From a virus (lineage: Duplodnaviria; Caudoviricetes), in IMG/VR virus record IMGVR_UViG_3300048577_000578, positions 1 to 38,773 of that record: DNA of 38,773 nucleotides. One strand, given 5' to 3'. How positions within the stretch are numbered: the first letter of the stretch is position 1; every line of letters begins with the position of its first letter. Shown one piece after another: positions 35,980 through 38,773 of this stretch. A model generated the notes under the pieces. The model was not told where the DNA came from. It saw only the letters and a list, made by a program, of their open reading frames with translations, and did not search any database. A program made the position numbers and the translations under genes.

Positions 35980-36870
35980 ATGCGCACATCCGCGATAGTC
36001 CCGCCTGTATACACACTTGTTGTGTCAATAGTAGCGATACTTGTTTCAGTCCGGAACTGTTATTCAATGTATCAACAAGACTGTGAACTGGGTCATTTCG
36101 TTGTCCTTGAAAATGTATGTGCAATTAATGGAAGGATCTACGACCCGCAAACAGGGCGTTTCCTTTCGCCGGATCCAGTGGTGAGTGATCCTAATGATTT
36201 GCAGAGTTATAATCGTTATAGTTATGTCCATAACCGACCGTTGACATATGTTGATCCGAGCGGTTATGAACCGGTAAGGAATAGAGTTGGGACTATGGAT
36301 ACGTTTCTGAATGTTATGAATACGAGTCCGAGTCGTGTTGGAACTCATTCCGGCGATCAGGCATCGGCAACACTGTTGTCATTTGCGAAGACTGAGGGCG
36401 TTTTTCACCCCAAGCCTGTTACGACCCCATATTTTAATGAAAAACCGGGTCGTTATGTATATACCGAAAAGGGCGGATGGGTTGATATGGTGCATTTCCT
36501 GTTTTATGCAGGAGATGCGTATAAGTATAAAACGGAAGGCGAAGAGCATCCAATAGGTGAGGCAATGCAAGATGGGTATGCTCAAGAGCGTTCAGACAGA
36601 AAGGAGTCAAGCTATAGTTATGAAGATTTGCCTTCCGATCGTTTTGGCGCGGATTTCGCTGTCAATTATTTTGACCCCCAAAGCGATAAGACATTGTCAG
36701 AGCAGATTCATGATTATTTTGATGCTACACTAAAGCCTACTGATCCTCAAAATGCTCCAAATTATGATAATTTGCCAGAGTCACACAAAGATCTAGAAGG
36801 GAGTGCTCCTTCCGCACAAAACACGACGACGGTCCCCATGTATGTCAAGCCAGATGAAAAAACGAATTAA
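35980..36870 (+). CDS. Orphan Rhs core fragment plus C-terminal toxin-like domain
   Basis: [17 protein letters not shown]...[18 protein letters not shown] at 36124-36264; low GC; start uncertain (frame open from 35923). Confidence 0.8.
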   Translation: MRTSAIVPPVYTLVVSIVAILVSVRNCYSMYQQDCELGHFVVLENVCAINGRIYDPQTGRFLSPDPVVSDPNDLQSYNRYSYVHNRPLTYVDPSGYEPVRNRVGTMDTFLNVMNTSPSRVGTHSGDQASATLLSFAKTEGVFHPKPVTTPYFNEKPGRYVYTEKGGWVDMVHFLFYAGDAYKYKTEGEEHPIGEAMQDGYAQERSDRKESSYSYEDLPSDRFGADFAVNYFDPQSDKTLSEQIHDYFDATLKPTDPQNAPNYDNLPESHKDLEGSAPSAQNTTTVPMYVKPDEKTN

Positions 36871-37202
36871 TGTTATTATGTATGCATTTTTGTATTACAA
36901 ATCGTAAGTTCTGGATCGTTTCTGTGGTTGCTTGTGTTTTGGCGGTGTCTGCGTGGTTGTCTCATTGTTTACTGACGCCATCGGATGAGTCTCAGATCAG
37001 AAGGACGATCCATCTAGTCGATACCTTTCGTTCAGTTCAAGGAAGGCTTCCTGTGTCGTTGTCTGATGTTGGTATGGTTGATTCCGAAAATGGCCCAATT
37101 TACTATCAGAGAGAGTCGGAATATGACTATATTATTTGGATGGGAGGTTCATTAGGGGAGTCGATAATTTACGAGTCGAAGACTGGGCAGATCCACAGAT
37201 AG
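36870..37202 (+). CDS. Putative immunity protein, membrane-anchored
   Basis: TAATG coupling to the Rhs-CT gene; N-terminal hydrophobic helix. Confidence 0.65.
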   Translation: MLLCMHFCITNRKFWIVSVVACVLAVSAWLSHCLLTPSDESQIRRTIHLVDTFRSVQGRLPVSLSDVGMVDSENGPIYYQRESEYDYIIWMGGSLGESIIYESKTGQIHR

Positions 37203-37203
37203 G

Positions 37204-37209
37204 TTGACA
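37204..37209 (+). promoter_or_regulatory. TTGACA, 13 nt before ATG 37223
   Basis: Recurrent motif; 1 nt after the insert's last stop codon. Confidence 0.7.
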
Positions 37210-37222
37210 CCCCCGGCAGGCC

Positions 37223-37702
37223 ATGAGCCTGCCTTTCTTTTCTTCCCCTGAACGCATCTCAACGCTCGACAAGGCCGCCGTCGGGTGGCTTGGGACACCT
37301 TTTCGCGCCCACAACCGGGCACGTGGGCCGCGTGGCGGCGTCGATTGCGGGAATCTCATTCAGGAGCTCATGCTGGAGGCCGGATTCCTTGCTGAACGCC
37401 TCGACCTGCCGCGCCCGCCGACGGACTACGGCCAGCACAATGCCGCGAGCCTTGTCTGCGACTTCCTAGAAACCCATCCGGCGCTCACCGGGCGTATCGC
37501 AAAGCTGACCGATCCCGCCGTGCTTGATGCCCCCATGCCCGGCGACATCCTCGGCATCCGCGTGGGCCGCTGCGTGCATCACCTCTGCATCGCGCTCCCA
37601 AGCGGACGCTTCGTGCAGGCACTCCAGCCCCACGGCGTCACGATCCAGCCGCTTGCGGAAATCCAGAGCCGCATCGAGGTCATCTACCGGCCCATCGCGT
37701 AA
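37223..37702 (+). CDS. NlpC/P60-family tail peptidase
   Basis: WLGTPF, GVDCGNL, PGDIL, HHL. Confidence 0.88.
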   Translation: MSLPFFSSPERISTLDKAAVGWLGTPFRAHNRARGPRGGVDCGNLIQELMLEAGFLAERLDLPRPPTDYGQHNAASLVCDFLETHPALTGRIAKLTDPAVLDAPMPGDILGIRVGRCVHHLCIALPSGRFVQALQPHGVTIQPLAEIQSRIEVIYRPIA

Positions 37703-38773
37703 ATGCCGACCGACCTGCCAGTCGCCACGGAGACGCCAGTTGCCGCGCCGCTGCCCTTCGGCATCGACGGCAGCCGGACCTCGACGAACGAAAAGGGCAT
37801 CGTCCTGCCGCACCTTTGTGGGACGCGCAAGGTCGCGCTCAAATGGGTCTCGCCGACGTGCAACTACTGGACCCGGAACATCAAGCAGAAGGTCGGCAAG
37901 GAGAAGAAGACGGTCGCGAAGGACGTGTTTTGCTCGATCGCGGGCGCGGTGTGTCTCGGGCCGATTGAACGCGTCGAGGCGATCTATTACGGCGGCGACG
38001 CGATTTGGACGACCGGTTGCTCGTTTGGCGCGGGCGAGTATTCGCGAACGATACAGACCGAGAAAGGGACGTTTATCGTCTATCGCGGGACGGATTCGCA
38101 GCCCTTGGATTCGGTTCTCGCAGGGCAGGCGGCGGCGTGGCCGAGCTACGAGAAAACGAGCTTCAGCGGCTGGTTCGCGGCGCTGCTGGTGAAGATCCGC
38201 GAACGGCTCTCCACGGCGGGCACGGTGGACGGCATCTGCCGCGACGGGCATCCGCGTTATGTGGGCGTGTGCTACGTCGTCTGCAAGGATCTCTATTGCG
38301 GGCGTAATTCGCAGGCCGTCCCGAACATCGAAATCGCCGTCAGCCGTGCGCCCGTCGTGCCCGCGTGGCTTGCCATCGACACCACTCGCGCCGCGAACGG
38401 ATGTAACCCGGTGGCGATCATCGCGGAGATCTTGACGCGCCCGGAGCTGGGCGTCGCGCTGACGCAGGACGAGATCGACACCGGCGGCCTCGAAGCCCTC
38501 GCCGCGAGCCTCGCGAAGGACAAGGCCCGCTACTACCTTTCGCCGCTCTTCGACGCACAGGAATCCGCGAGCAAGCTCATCGAGGGCATTCTTGCGCACT
38601 TCGACGGCTTTCAGGCGAGCCGCGAGGGCCGCTTCTCTCTCGGCTATTTCCCGAAGGACGGCGTCGAGCCCGCCGTGCGCACGCTTTCGATCCACGAGAT
38701 GACCGAGCAGCCGACGATGACGCTGCCCGACTGGTCGAAGACCGCGAACCGCGTCGTCGTCAAGTTCCCGAGC
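37703..38773 (+). CDS. Tail tip/central fibre protein, 5' partial
   Basis: ATG 37703 directly after the NlpC stop; reads MPTDLPV...LPHLCGTRK...CLGPI...VPNIEI...NPVAII and appears open to the window end. Confidence 0.85.
   Translation, partial: MPTDLPVATETPVAAPLPFGIDGSRTSTNEKGIVLPHLCGTRKVALKWVSPTCNYWTRNIKQKVGKEKKTVAKDVFCSIAGAVCLGPIERVEAIYYGGDAIWTTGCSFGAGEYSRTIQTEKGTFIVYRGTDSQPLDSVLAGQAAAWPSYEKTSFSGWFAALLVKIRERLSTAGTVDGICRDGHPRYVGVCYVVCKDLYCGRNSQAVPNIEIAVSRAPVVPAWLAIDTTRAANGCNPVAIIAEILTRPELGVALTQDEIDTGGLEALAASLAKDKARYYLSPLFDAQESASKLIEGILAHFDGFQASREGRFSLGYFPKDGVEPAVRTLSIHEMTEQPTMTLPDWSKTANRVVVKFPS

Larger units (their letters stand above)
1..38773 (+). mobile_element. Temperate siphovirus-like prophage (extends beyond at least the right edge)
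   Basis: Co-oriented integrase, replication, terminase, portal, protease, capsid, tail tube, tape measure and tail-tip genes in standard order. Confidence 0.95.

Noticed and set aside
29073-38773. Diversity-generating retroelement or invertase-based tail switching
   Set aside because: No reverse transcriptase, serine invertase or template/variable repeat pair seen in the window.

Overview
The whole window is one GC-rich temperate siphovirus-type prophage, almost entirely on the + strand. Gene order: tyrosine integrase; a damaged early region; a Sak4-like/DUF669/helicase/primase-helicase replication block with iteron arrays; two putative regulators; a candidate cos-like site; an accessory AAA+/methylase-like module; a ParB-methyltransferase-HAD-CmoA-like cluster; lambda-type terminase, portal, S49 protease and capsid; and tail genes up to a tail-tip gene cut off by the window end. 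Six compositionally distinct inserts interrupt it: an HExxH protein, an antitoxin-like fragment, a TPR protein, two RxxxxH (HEPN-like) proteins, and an orphan Rhs C-terminal/immunity pair. The most striking unexplained pattern is TTGAC(A/T) sitting exactly 13 nt upstream of a start codon at 8 sites (14, 15 and 20 nt at three more). All five late-region inserts end at such a site. Other oddities are a promoter-bearing tRNA-like RNA (Arg body, ACU anticodon, broken acceptor stem), REP-like hairpin elements that truncate two genes at the same 25-bp sequence, and a small gene bracketed by a 24-bp palindrome. All product calls come from motif recognition and gene order by eye; no searches were run. 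No attachment site, repressor or endolysin is visible in the window.
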